Positions 36,406 through 48,865 of a stretch of 64,000 nucleotides of DNA are shown in pieces. The notes under the pieces were generated by a model. The model saw only the letters and a program-made list of their open reading frames with translations. It had not been told where the DNA came from and searched no databases. Made by a program: the position numbers and the translations under genes. Source of the DNA: Mustelus asterias (lineage: Eukaryota); NCBI RefSeq assembly GCF_964213995.1, contig NC_135815.1, positions 57,350,001-57,414,000 of the forward strand, read 5' to 3'. The number at the start of each line of letters is the position of its first letter. Position 1 is the first letter of the stretch.

Positions 36406-37489
36406 ACAGGCTTGCCTTCGTGTCCTGACACTTGCGGAAGAGATAATGCTGACCATTATTGGGATGAGGTTATTGCTGAGGCTATGGCCAGCTGTGGCAC
36501 CAAAACCATCGAAGATAAGGGCATCCTCATAATTAATCCACCTTTTTACATCCCACTTCCTCCTCCTCTACAGGCTTTACTGATTTGCAAGTTGCGGATA
36601 AGATAAGCATCCACCTCTTTGCCCCCACCGGCAGTCAATGTCAATTAGCATAGAGAAGTCCGGACCCAACTTGTCACAGGGTTTTGTGCAGAGTTTGGAA
36701 TCTGTCCTTTCCAGCACAAAAGTTATGGCTATCTTTGTTAGAACACTTATGGACCCAACCATAATGCAGCTATAATGTGATGTCTGCTATTCCCATTGCA
36801 GTAAAAGCAGCAGCCATCCAATGTCTGAAAGCTATTGTGGAAACTCAGGCAGCTGCCATCCTGGCTGTGGATGCCAGTGTGGAATGGCTCTCACAGCAGT
36901 CCATCAACATCTGTTCCTGCAGAATACTAGGTATTGAGGTGCCACCCCCTAGCATTGGCTCCATGGAGTATAAAACCTGCTGTCCTCTCAGAGGACGACA
37001 GCATTGTGCTCCCACCTCTGACACTTTGCTCTTGCCCATGTTGTGATGGTGCAATCTGAAGCTAGGTCTCCAAGGCCCAGAGCTGCTCGAGGTCATCTCA
37101 CAAAACCATTTGTACCTGCCCCACTGAAAATTAGCAGCCTTGTACCAGCCATGCTGCAGCCACTGGGGTAGCCCTGTATTGGTGCACTGGACAAAGCAAA
37201 GACACAGAGGCACTAAGGATAATTAGTTGACTATATGATAGTCTATTTGATTTCTATCTGATTTCAATTGTAAATTTGGTTTGGAGTGTTTACTTGGTCA
37301 GACACAGAAGTTGGGTAAATTGTGGGAATGTGGTCGGTGCAGACTCGATGGGCCGAATGGCCTCCTTCTGCACTGTAGGGTTTCTATGTTTCTATGTTTC
37401 TATGTTGCTGAATGAGGAATTAGGGTTGTTGCTCCTGGTATCGCATTCAAGGTGAGTTCTTTACTGACAGGCAGACAGAAGAGACTGTC

Positions 37490-39120
37490 TAGGTCTTCCT
37501 CCTCCTCATAGTCCTCCTACTCAGCCATATGAATGGTAACGAGGGCTGCTCCATCCTGACCGAGAGGGTGTCCAGTATGCAGTAGACCAGGATGAACCCT
37601 GACACCTGCTTTGAGTAATGCAGGGTTCCTGCAGCGTGGTTCAGGTGACAAAAATGTTGTCCCAGCTCAGCAATGGTCTGCTCGCTCATCTTTTGTGAGA
37701 CATTGCAGCTTTCATTGTAAGCATGCTGTGCACATGTACATGGGTTATGGACCAGAGTTGTCAGTCATGTGCTTGGTGAATAGCCCTTGCCACACACTAC
37801 TTACCCCTTGGTTTATCTGGGTGGTTTGAATGCAACTGGCACAGCAGACTGCTGCAGAATGAAGGCATCATGACTGCTGCCAGGATACCTAAGTGCACGG
37901 ACTGGCATAATATGCTGCCAGTGGGTGCACACTGATGGAGTGGGATCTTGTTCTGATCCAGTACAGGGCAGTATTGACTTGCAGTGCCTGTGATGGGATA
38001 CAGCCAATGGCATCCTGCACCAAATCTGCGATCCTAGCAAAACTGTGAGCTCACTTCACATGCTGAGCTCTGACAAGAGAGAATGAAATGTTAGGTCTCT
38101 TTAATTCAAGGTTCTTAGTGACCTCTATCCAACAGTGGATGACGGACTGCAAGATGTTGTAAATATTTCCAGCTCCAGCCTTGACATTCAATGGCATTAC
38201 CATCGCTGAATACCCACCATTAACATCATTGAGGGTTACCATTGACTAGAAAGATAATTGGAGCAGCATATAGAGATTGTGACTGCAAGAGCAGGTCAGG
38301 GGCTGGACATTCTGTGGTAATTAACTCACCTTCTGCCTTCCCATCCACCATCTACAAGCCACAAGTCAGGAATGTGATGGAACACTCTCCAATTGCCTGG
38401 ATGGTTTCAGCTCTAACAACACTAAAATCTCGACACCATTCAGGACATATTAGCCTCCTTGATTGACACCCATCCACTAACTTAAACATTCACTCCCTCC
38501 ATCATGATGCACAGTAGCAGCAATGTGTACCATCTACAAGGTGCACTGCAGCAGTATGTCGAGGCTCCTTAGGCAGCACCTTCCAAGCCCAAAACCACTA
38601 CCACCTAGAAGGACAAGGGCAGCAGACACATGCATACACCGCCCCCTGGAAGTTCCCTTCCAAGTCACTCACTATCCCGACTTGGGAATATATCATCGTT
38701 CCTTCACTGTCAGTGGATCAAAATCTTTAAACTCCCTCCCTTCCTAACTGCATGTAGCTACACCACAGGGGCTGCAGCAGTTTAAGAAACAGCTCATTAC
38801 TATCTCCTGAAGGGCAATAAACGCTGGCTTTGCCAGTGTGCCCACATTCCACAAATGAATGAAAACAAAGAAAGGATCCAGATGTCACAGTCATGTTCAT
38901 GGTCACTGGTTGTGAGGTCCTTCAGTACCTCTGGCTTCAGCAGGTAGAAGATTTCACTGAGGAAGTCCTTCCTGATTCACAGACATTTCATACATTGTTC
39001 TACACTGAGGTTCAGAGGGAACACTCTGGGCAGAGATGGCCTCCTGCTGAGAGTCCTCTCCCCCTGCTGCTCCACTCCCACTGGGCAGCTCTGCCTGGTC
39101 ACTGTTAATTCTCTAATGCT
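37490..39120 (-). pseudogene. Decayed PIF/Harbinger (HARBI1-like, DDE_Tnp_4) transposase, split by a LINE
   Basis: Remnants in the expected order: VTMNMTVTSGSF|QAGAGNIYNILQSVIHCWIEVT...ISF, FARIA..VQDAIGC, RYPGSSHDAFIL, EQTIAELGQHFCHL...GTLHYS. Confidence 0.82.
38178..38868 (+). mobile_element. Non-LTR LINE 3' fragment (RTE-X/CR1-like, clade unresolved); another copy at about 56885-57260
   Basis: STIYKPQVRNVMEHSPIAW motif. 3' end ggcaataaacgctggc...cccacattcc...aatgaatgaa. Confidence 0.7.
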
Positions 39121-39154
39121 GTATTCTCAAGGGGATGCCTAATCGTGCAGCCCT

Positions 39155-39809
39155 GTTAGCAGAGAAACTCCTTCAGCACCTGCCACTATAGAAAGCATGA
39201 ACACTTGTAGAAGTTGATTGAAGCTAGCTGTCCAGCAAAGAACTGAAATCACGGCAGTTGATATAGGCTGAAGTGAAGACTTGGGAATCCAGGGAGAAGG
39301 AATCTTGGAAGGCAAGATTGAAACCCTGTGAGGTGGACCATTGTTAAAGCTGTCCAAGTTGGAGCAATCTTTGGAGAGGATTCCAAGGAGAGATCTTTGA
39401 AGGTGGAGATTGGAAACCCTTGTGACAAAAATAAAATTTCAGCGGGATCAGTTGACTCAGTGGGATTAACATCTGGGTGATTTATTGAGAAATCCATGGA
39501 ATTTTGTTAGGTTGCATGTGTCATTTACTCTGTCGTGTGGTGTGTCCGATCACAGTTTTCCTGTTAATTCGCATGTACCTCATAATTCACCTGAATGTTA
39601 GAGGATAAGATACGTATTGTAAATTGTTTTATCCTTCTGAATTTGTATGGTAAATTTGTTTTTGTTTGTCCAAAACTCTTGGAATCTTGTGGCTTTATCC
39701 CAAAAGCAGGTGTCTTGAATTCTAACCTTTATTTACTTTGAACAAATTGTTATTGGTCCCGAACCAGATCTCCCCCCCATGTCCCAGGGTCTGGCCAAAG
39801 ATCATAACA
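39155..39809 (+). mobile_element. Probable solo-LTR-like repeat (similar ends at about 61018-61720 on minus and about 61880-62570 on plus)
   Basis: Ends ...gatcataACA, with a related ending at 61018-61045 on minus. No coding evidence. Confidence 0.35.
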
Positions 39810-40587
39810 GAGGTAAAGAAAGAGCATTAGGTGGAGCATTGAGCTCCAAAGTGGCAGTGCTGATATCAAATCAAGTTCACAGCACACACGCTAACACCTC
39901 CATCAATCTGGCATTTGGTGCCATGCGAGCTGTGGATGCCATGTTAGATTGCTTGGGATACTCAGGGTGCCCAACGAACCCAATTACCTGCCCATTGTTT
40001 AAGATAGTATTCAGGGATTTGCACACCCTCCCCTTCCTCTCCAATGTATCCATTCTGAAAATACTGGCTCTCATGTTTCCTCATGTAGCCAACAGTGATA
40101 CACTTCAAAAAGCATGTTGTTGGATGTTTGGGATATCCTGAAAAATCTAACAAGGTGATTTCTCTTCCCTTCCTAAAACTGGTAACACAGCCTGAGGCAA
40201 AGCCCTCCAGTACCACATGTGAATCAAGACCTGAGGGCTTCATAAAGCTCTTTGACCACAACATGCATCATAATTGAACCCAATCCTGTTCTTGCTGACA
40301 CCTAGTTCTCTAGCAGGAATCCCTAAGCAGCAAGGACCATAAGTGATTCTTTCGTTTCTTCTGCCTGGCCTGCCACCCTTTGAAAAACTATTTGTTATCA
40401 GTTGAGGATTTAATGCAGAACTTGTTGTGTGTGGATGAATTTCACTCTAACCAGTACAATGATCAACAGGCAAACTTCTGTTTTTACTTTTATTTACCAT
40501 TGAAAAGGTTAATATGCTGAAGCTGAAAGCACGTTTGTGTGTTTAACACCTTTAAATACTTCATCCTTTATTGTGAATACCTTTGGA

Positions 40588-40908
40588 TGGCATGGTGACA
40601 TAGTGGTTAGCATTGCTGCCTCACAGTGTCAGGGACCTGGGTTCAATTCCGGCTTTGGGCGGCTGTCTGTGTGGAGTTAGCACGTTCTCCACATGTCTGC
40701 GGGGGTTTCCTCCGGGTGCTCCGGTTTCCTCCCACAGTCTAAAGATGCTCAGGTTAGGTGAATTGGCCATGCTAAATTGCCCCTTAGCATCAGGGGGATT
40801 AGCAGAGTAAATATGTGGAGTTACGGGGCCTGGGTGGGATTGTTGCTGGTGCAGTCTCGATGGGCAGAATTGCCTCTTCCTGTATTGTAGGGATTCTATG
40901 ATTCTATG
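40588..40908 (+). mobile_element. HE1-like V-SINE, type A
   Basis: Head, V-core and (attctatg)2 tail. Confidence 0.9.
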
Positions 40909-41794
40909 AACTTCAAGATATGGCAGTCAATTTATTTGTACAATGCAGTAAGAAGAAGCACAGTATCGAGGAGTTGAATTCCTGCAAGGGTTTTCCAAAT
41001 TGTCTGTCATAACTTTGATGGAAACTCTGAAGAAACCCTGGGAAAAGGACATTAACAGCATTTATGCTATTTCTCTGGTTTTTCCTCAGACCTTCAGTTG
41101 AAATTACAACAAAGAATCAAGAAACACCCCACAGATTCCCCCCAAATCTCCCACCACTAATGCTGACTGCACCTGAAGTCTCTCGTTAGCAGCAAAAACC
41201 TGCAGACAATACGGCCACACAGGAACCTCAAGCTTGAGATGTCCGTCTGTCATCACCCCCATAACTTCCAATTCTGTGTTCATTTTACTTTATTTTTTCA
41301 ACACATTTTGTGCTTTCCATCCTGAATATGAGCATCATGTTGGTATATATGGCTTGATCTCTGTGTTTCTAATGGTAAGCCTACACAGAGAATTGCCACT
41401 ACATAGTTGTAACCCAATCTCCAGGTCATGTTTCACTCCCTCAGATCACAATGGTTCTGAGAGCCCTCCAAGGCCTCACTTAAATGCACAGGCTTCAAAA
41501 TTGAGCCCAGACAATGAATGCATTTGCCCTATTTGACCTCAGAGGGTCATCATAGGTAAAGCTAAAGAACCAGGACATCAGGAGAATTTTTCAGTGCAGC
41601 AAATTGTTGTGGTCTGGAATGCACTGTCTGAAAGGTGCAGATTCAATAATAACTTTCAAATGAAATTCAATATAATACTTGAAGTGGCCACATTTACAGG
41701 ACTACTAAATGCGCTGGGAAGTGGGGCTAACAGGGTAGCTCTTTCAAAGAGCCATGATGGGCTGAATGGCTTTCTATTGTGCTGCATCATTCTT

Positions 41795-41956
41795 ATGAAG
41801 TCTCACAACACCAGATTAAAGTCCAACAGGTTTTTTTTGGAATCACGAGCTTTCGGAGCACTGCTCCTTCATCAGGTGAACTGTTGGACTTTAACCTGGT
41901 GTTGTGAGACTTCTTACTGTGCCCACCCCAGTCCAACGCCGGCACCTCCACCTCAT
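41795..41956. mobile_element. Fold-back Penelope pLTR-end insertion containing an intact hammerhead
   Basis: Inverted aagtctcacaacaccag arms. Partial atcattct duplication at the flanks. Confidence 0.85.
41843..41879 (-). ncRNA. Minimal type I hammerhead ribozyme motif
   Basis: Minus strand TCAC-CTGATGA-A-GGAGC agt GCTCC-GAAA-GCT-C-GTGA: perfect stems I and II, palindromic stem III, UC cleavage site. Confidence 0.85.
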
Positions 41957-43617
41957 GGGTATCATTCTATTACTAACATTTGTGAAATGCAACACAGCAC
42001 ACACTATTGGCCAATCATTTCTGTACACCTGATGATAGGTGATTAGTTTTATCAGTAACAATGTTGAAGTATAAATTATAACACTCCCTGGGTCTCCAAC
42101 GAAATCAAAATTAAGTACCAAATAAAATTGTATCTTTGTAGGAATTGCTCTTGAACTTTATCTTCCAGTTGATCTTTCTCAAATTATCTTGTGCAACAGT
42201 ACATGGGGAATATTAATCATTCATCTTTGTATAAATCATAGTTCCTAATCCATTCCATAATACAGATCAGAAGGTACGCTATATAAAATATGGCTGCTTC
42301 AGAAAGCAGTTCTCTATCACAAAATAAATCCGCTAATAACAAAATATTCAATGTCATCCCTAACTATAGAATTAGAAAAACAAATCAGCTGCTTCAGCTC
42401 CTACATCTAATGGTCTACAAAGAGTAAAATGAAGACTATGTGGGGGATTTTCCGGCCGCGCTCGCCTGTCAACAGACCTTTGAATGGTCTTCCCCCGGCC
42501 CGCTACAATTCCCGTGGTGGGAGGGACGGGAAAACTCCCCCCATGACAGAAAAATATAGTTATCAACACTAAGTAATCCTTCAATCTTATTAAAGCAAAT
42601 AAAACATTGTGTCAATGCATTTCATTGCATTTGAAAAAAGATTTGTGGGAAAAATACAGTTTTTTAAAGGTAACTTTAAAAAAGATAATTAAGAGTATAA
42701 AATAAAGTAAATAGGCATAATACTGAGGAAATCAAGCTCACATTAAGATAACAAAATTACAAGCCCAATGAGTAAAAGTTTATACTGGTTTCTGTAGCTT
42801 AATTATAATTTCACACTGACACTGCATTTAATACCATTTTCTACTTTGTATGATAATTTTACTCTTTTTATCATTTATTGACAATAATTTAGGGTTATAA
42901 ACTTTGATTCTCTGCTAACTGCATTAACAAGAACCTTATTACAGTAAATTCCTGTGTGAATGAATAGACTGCAGGAAAAACAAGCATGATGAAACAGATG
43001 AGTCGTATGTCACAAGACGTTCACTGACTTTCTTCCAGATTATGCAGTACCCAAAGAAAGAATGTGCCCTGCAAATTAAACCTTTAACTGCCTTCAGCAA
43101 TCACTTGACAAATTGGGCTAAGAAATATTGCCACGTTTAGTAGATTGGAAGAGTGATGTTTCAGTCGCACTACTGTGTGAAGGGCCCAACCCATCCCAAC
43201 TCATCATCCAGGGCACAGCTGTTAGTCTGTACACAAAAAAAACCAGGCCTGAGGTAAACCCGGAATCATCCTTGACTTCCATCATTCACGTTTTCTTCTA
43301 CACCTCTTTCTAAACAAATTTCCACATCTATGTGGAAGAAAAACTCCTGCAAGAATATAAACTACATCTCACATGTTATAATATCGCCTTTAAAACTGAA
43401 AAATGTTGACTAACTAAAAACAGTGCTTGAAAAATAAGAAGCATTGGTTAGTTCAGAAGTACCTCAGCCTGCATTATATGCTGAAATTCAGTGTGGATAC
43501 ATATTTTACAATTACACCACAGATGTCTACCCCTTCTTTTGGATCAATTTTGCATTTGTCTCACAAAAGGGAATAATGGAGTGCGATCAAAACTGATCTT
43601 CTTTGGTTGAAAATATA

Positions 43618-43900
43618 CGGCATGGTGGCACTGTGGTTAGCACTGCTGCCTCACAGTGCCAGGGACCTGGGTTCGATTCCTGGCTTGGGTCATTGTCTGT
43701 GTGAAGGCTGCACGGGTTTCCTCTGGGTACTCCAGTTTCCTCCCACAGTCTGAAAATGCTGGTTAGGTGCATTGGCCATGCTAAATTCTCCCTCAGTGTA
43801 CCCGAATAGGCGCTGGAGTTTGGCGACTAGGGAATTTTCACAGTAACTTCATTACAATGTTAATGTAAGCCTACTTGTGACACTAATAAGTAAACTTTAC
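43618..43900 (+). mobile_element. V-SINE, tail type B
   Basis: Head, shortened core and tail ...gtaagcctacttgtgacactaataa. Confidence 0.88.
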
Positions 43901-46290
43901 TCCATGCACTGTGAAAGATTCTCCTTCACTATGTGTAATCTTTAACCTCTATTGTTTAAACTACAGCCCACGTCTCCTGCTATCTGAATCTTTGGAGACC
44001 GGATGTACAACCCAAGATGCTGCAGCAACCCATGAAAGCCCAATGCATTTACTCCATGGGAATTATCGAGGAAGTCTGCATTTCCGACAGGCAATTCCCC
44101 TGCTCCCTGGGACCCTCCGAAAAAAATCTCGGTGGGGGAGGCAGGAAATACTCTGCTCTGTTCCCATTTTCGGCAGGAGCAGAAAATTCAACAAGAGCCT
44201 AAAACGTGATATATGCTGGCGGAATTTCCTGTAATAATTGTCTCCACCCCCCTGCCAATCACATAACGGGAATCCTGACGTTCAACATCAAGAAGCCCAT
44301 GACAATAAAGTTATATCTCATTATCAGGCCTCTACGCTTTATAATACTGCATCGCCTCCCCTCCCTTACCCCCCCCCCATTACGTCATCCATTCACATTG
44401 GAGTGTCCTCACGCTTACATGAATTGCAACAGGTCTCCCAGGGTGTGCACCTGGCGAGCAGAACCCGCCAGAGTTCAGGTGAGTGCATTGCCCAGGATGG
44501 AGAGGGTCATGCCCGGATACTGCCCCCAGCACTAAGTTGCTGGGGGGCTCCCACCAGCGTGGCATTATGGGACCACCCCCCTCAACTTTTTTTATTAAGT
44601 GTCTGACAACATGGCGGAGAAAGCCGTTGTTGGGGTCGGTGGCTTTAACGCTGTTTTTCCCGCCTATTGTTCCACTCTGCCAAAAAATAGGAAAATTCCC
44701 CACTCCGACTCTAACTCTGATGCAGAGATTTCAAATAGTTTCAACTTCGTTCCCTAAATATTTACCCAGGAATTGTTAGACAGAAAAATCCTAGTCTAAC
44801 TCTTGGGTAACTACAGAACTGATTGACCCCTCCCCTCTCCCCCACTGCCAATCACTCCTCATACTAAGCCTTCTGACTTTCTGATTACCCACCTTAGCCC
44901 CTTGAATCACCTACCCCTCCCCCACATACCCTACTTACCTTCCAGCCTACCATTTGCCAGCCTACTACCTTACCCAGCTATCACCCAACCCACCAATCAT
45001 CGTACCCAGCAACCACCCTACACACTTACCCACTTACCTCACCCACCCACTTATCCATTCACTCAACATTGAGTGCTGTGATTTTTTTCAAAGGCACTTA
45101 TATCTACATTGGCAAGGTTGAGTGCAGTAGTGTGTGCTGACACTGGTTCAAAATAAGGTAACTACAAGAAACAGAGACACATTGTAGTGGGAGCAAGCAG
45201 CTTCGGGATACAAACAGTTCATCACTACATACACTGGAAAAAGAATGTATCTTTCAAAGACACTTAAAATTTACATTTGTATAAGGAAAGGACAAAGGGC
45301 CTACACATAAAATTGAAGTGAGTGAGTGTTGGAAGCATATTTTAATTAATTCATTGGGGTTCATATTTACAATATCATACTGGCATGTCACAATACTGTT
45401 TGTGCAAATGTATTTATAAAAGGACCATATAAGGTAGTGATAGTCAACATAAGCAGAGCACACACCAAAGAGATTAAAACAGGCAGCTACTGTATTTCAC
45501 CAAGTTTTCTATCACTCTTTACATTCCTATGCAAAGTTAAATATTTCCCTGAAATAAGAGGTTGTGCTAGCATTGAATATTTGTGCATTTCAAAGGGTAT
45601 GCTTCCTTGAATGGCATCAATCTTCTTAATAAACTATCAGCCCAAAGATCATAAAGGAACAGTGGAGTTGGCTCCCCCGGTTGCTCAATGCCTTTTACCT
45701 AGTCCATAGCTGAGGCATGCAAGCCAAGAAGGCCCCAAAGTTTCTTCAACTGGCAAAAAATGCCCTGAACTTGGAATAAAAACCATCCAGGTTTCCCACT
45801 CTTTATTGTTATCCAACAGAGGAGAAACAGCCAGAGTTCCCATTCCTGACTGCTAACCATCAACTCATGACCCCTGCTGAAAATGCGCATGTGTGGACAT
45901 TGAAGGAGTGAAGGATCAGCTGTGTTTCCCTCTCACGATGAATATCCTGCTAATAGTGAGTGTCAAAGCTCACATGTAAATAAAACCACTTAGGCACTCT
46001 ACAACTACACCATGAAAAAGGGAGAAAAGGAAGGGAAAAGTATGGGAAAAGAAAATTGGCAGGGGCAACAAAAATTGAGCTTTTGGGGCACAACAAGTAC
46101 AGTACACCATTTATATGGTATATTCAAGAGAATTAATCAGAAATAATATTCGGACTATTGATAGGTTAGAATACAAACATTAACAAGTGAAACAATCATA
46201 TAGTAATTTAGTTTCAGTGAATGAAAAACAATGTTAATGATTACTTATGTCATTGTAATTGTCTTGTGTATACAAAGATAAATTGCTTAC

Positions 46291-46382
46291 AGTTATGAGA
46301 TGGGGTTTTTTTCTGATGACACACGGGCTGCTTACTGGATCTTGCACAGGTTTCTTGTTGAAGCGAGGTACTGATCTAGTCA
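46291..46382 (-). CDS. Internal coding exon C ((M)TRSVPRFNKKPVQDPVSSPCVIRKKPHLIT)
   Basis: 92 nt, phase 1 to 0. Acceptor ttcttttgctaacAG, donor ACT|GTAAGC. A+TG across the B/C junction gives Met and keeps the frame open. Confidence 0.7.
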
Positions 46383-47741
46383 CTGTTAGCAAAAGAATAG
46401 AATTTCAGCAATAACTTTTATATTTAACCTAATGGAACATCCCAAAGCATTTCACAAGGATGTTATCAAACAGAATTTGACACTGAACCACCTGTGGAGA
46501 TATTAGGAGAGATGATCAAATGCTTGGTCAGAGGTAGATTTGAAGGAACATCTTAAAGGAGGGAGACAGAGATGTAGAGGGATTTAGGGAGGAAATTTCA
46601 GATTTTAGGAGCTAGGCAACTGAAGGCATGGCCACCAAAGGGGATGCTCAAGAGGTTTAAATTGGAGGAGCTCAGTTATCTCAGAGGGCTGGAAGAAGTT
46701 ACAGGGGGAGGATGAGAACTTTAAGATTGCAACATTGCTTGACTGGAAGTCAGCACGTACAGGGGTCTTGAATGAATGTGACTTAGCGAGAATTAGGATA
46801 TGGACAGCACAGTAAGAGGGGCAGAAAAAGATATGTTCAACGGAGGAGAAGATGCCAAAGAAGACACACCAAGGTGAGATTTGGTTATACAAGCCATTCC
46901 ACCCCTCCACATTCTGGGCAGTGTATGTAATGAATTATATAGTCAGATGGAAAGACTTCAGTTGGGGGAAGTGTCTTTATCCCTCAGCCAGGTTTCCATT
47001 AGGCCTTGATGTTGATGCAATCATCCACAATAAGCTTTGTTCACAAGGGAATGGACATTCTGGAGTGAGATGGAGAGAGGGGTAGTGTGAGCTGACCTGC
47101 TGACAGAGTCCACAGGGTCAGCACTGCAAGGGATGAGTTGGACATGGGAAGAGATTGGCAAGATAGATAGCCAGCAGGCACACTAGGTTAGAAGGTTGGC
47201 AAAAAGAGTAGGATAGGCAGTTGGACTTGCTGCTCATAAACAGGCCATGTTGCGTGCCTTGATGGCCCTTGGAGAACGTCAGGAGGCAGAGAGGAAAGGT
47301 CCAGGTTTATCTAAGAGGAAGTCAAGCTGGGACAACAGGAGGGAAGTAAGAAGGTTGAGGAGTATTGTAGGATTCAGGAAGGGACTGGGAAGAGCAGAAT
47401 AGCCAAGAGGGGAGAAATAGAAGGCATGGTGACAGCTGAGTGTGTTCTAACAGGGGTAAAGAGAAAAGAAATAAATTGGAATAGAAAAAAAGTGATGGGC
47501 TCAGGTCCAGAGTGGCAGCTAAAATGAGCAATGAACGGATACAGAGGAAACTCATATTACATAGGGCTTGTATTTAACAATTATCAGAATACTTATAAAC
47601 AGGGAATAGAGAGGAGAAAATCTGAGGGGTCCTCATCGAAGACCTCTATATCTATGTACTTGCCGACATAAAGTTCAGTAGTGACAATAGCTGGTATTTG
47701 GGTTTTCTGGGATCTCATGCATCCATGCACAGGGAAGATTG

Positions 47742-48068
47742 TGGGGTGGTGGTAACACCATTGGCCTATTAATCAGAGGCCCAGGCTAATGTTCTGTGGT
47801 ATGGCACGCAATGGAATTTGAATTCAGTCAGTAAATCTGGAACATAAAGCTGGTCTTCAAGATGGTGACCACAGCAACTATTAACAATTGTTGTCAAAAC
47901 CCGACTGGTACTAATGTCCTTTTGGGAAGGAAATCTGCCATCTTTACCTTGTCTGGCCAACACTCAGAAATGGCCTAACAAGCCATTCAGTTCAAGGGTA
48001 ATTAGGGATGGGCAACAAATGCTGGTCTTGTCGACAATACCCACATCCCATGAAAGAATAGAGAAAAA
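47742..48068 (+). mobile_element. SINE-like element with a tail shared with the 38178/56885 LINE family
   Basis: Tail aattagggatgggcaacaaatgctgg...cccacatcccatgaaagaata matches 57198-57258. Confidence 0.65.
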
Positions 48069-48337
48069 AATCCAGTAGTCTTTAGCCTGATAAAATAGCT
48101 CGCAGCTCCACATATTTATTCTTGAATTACTCAGAGATACACCCATTCTGACCCAAAAACTAAGAGCCATATAGCTGGAGAGTAAGTAATGAAGGGAGGA
48201 CGGATGGATGAGGGACATGACTTCACATCCTTCTGACAATAAAATCGACGTTCTATAAAACGCTGAGCTAAATTCATGTACATTTTCTACACAGAATAAA
48301 GGAACTTTTTGAGTAAACGTAGCCTCTCTTGGACTTC

Positions 48338-48674
48338 TCATAGAAACCCTACAGTACAGAAAGAGGCCATTCAGCCCATCGAGTCTGCACCGACCACAAT
48401 CCCACCCAGGCCCTACCCTCATATCCCTACATATTTTACCCACTAATCCCTCTAACCTACGCATCTCAGGACACTAAGGGGCAATTTTAGCATGGCCAAT
48501 CAATCTAACCCGCACATCTTTGGACTGTGGGAGGAAACCGGAGCACCCGGAGGAAACCCACGCAGACACGGGGAGAATGTGCAAACTCCACACAGACAGT
48601 GACCCAAGCCGGGAATCGAACCCAGGTCGCTGGAGCTGTGAAGCAGAGTGCTAACCACTGTGCTACCGTGCCAC
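48338..48674 (-). mobile_element. HE1-like V-SINE, type A, little diverged
   Basis: Full reverse-complement copy with CpGs retained. Confidence 0.92.
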
Positions 48675-48726
48675 CCAAAGTTGGGCAGTTAAAGTGATAG
48701 ACATGGGTAAGATAATATAACTAAAC

Positions 48727-48865
48727 TTTTTAACTTTACGTCCTGGAGTTTTGTTTCAAATTGCATAGCATGAGATCCTTGTTTTAATAGGCGCCAGAAT
48801 TCTTCATAATCTCCTCGGTTTTTCAAAATCCCACTCTTTGCCAGTTGGTCCTGCATTCCTACAAT
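48727..48865 (-). CDS. Internal coding exon B (IVGMQDQLAKSGILKNRGDYEEFWRLLKQGSHAMQFETKLQDVKLK)
   Basis: 139 nt, phase 0 to 1. Acceptor ctccctttgttcAG, donor AAA A|GTTTAG. Lies inside track ORF 48689..48901. The phase-1 end matches the next exon. Confidence 0.8.
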
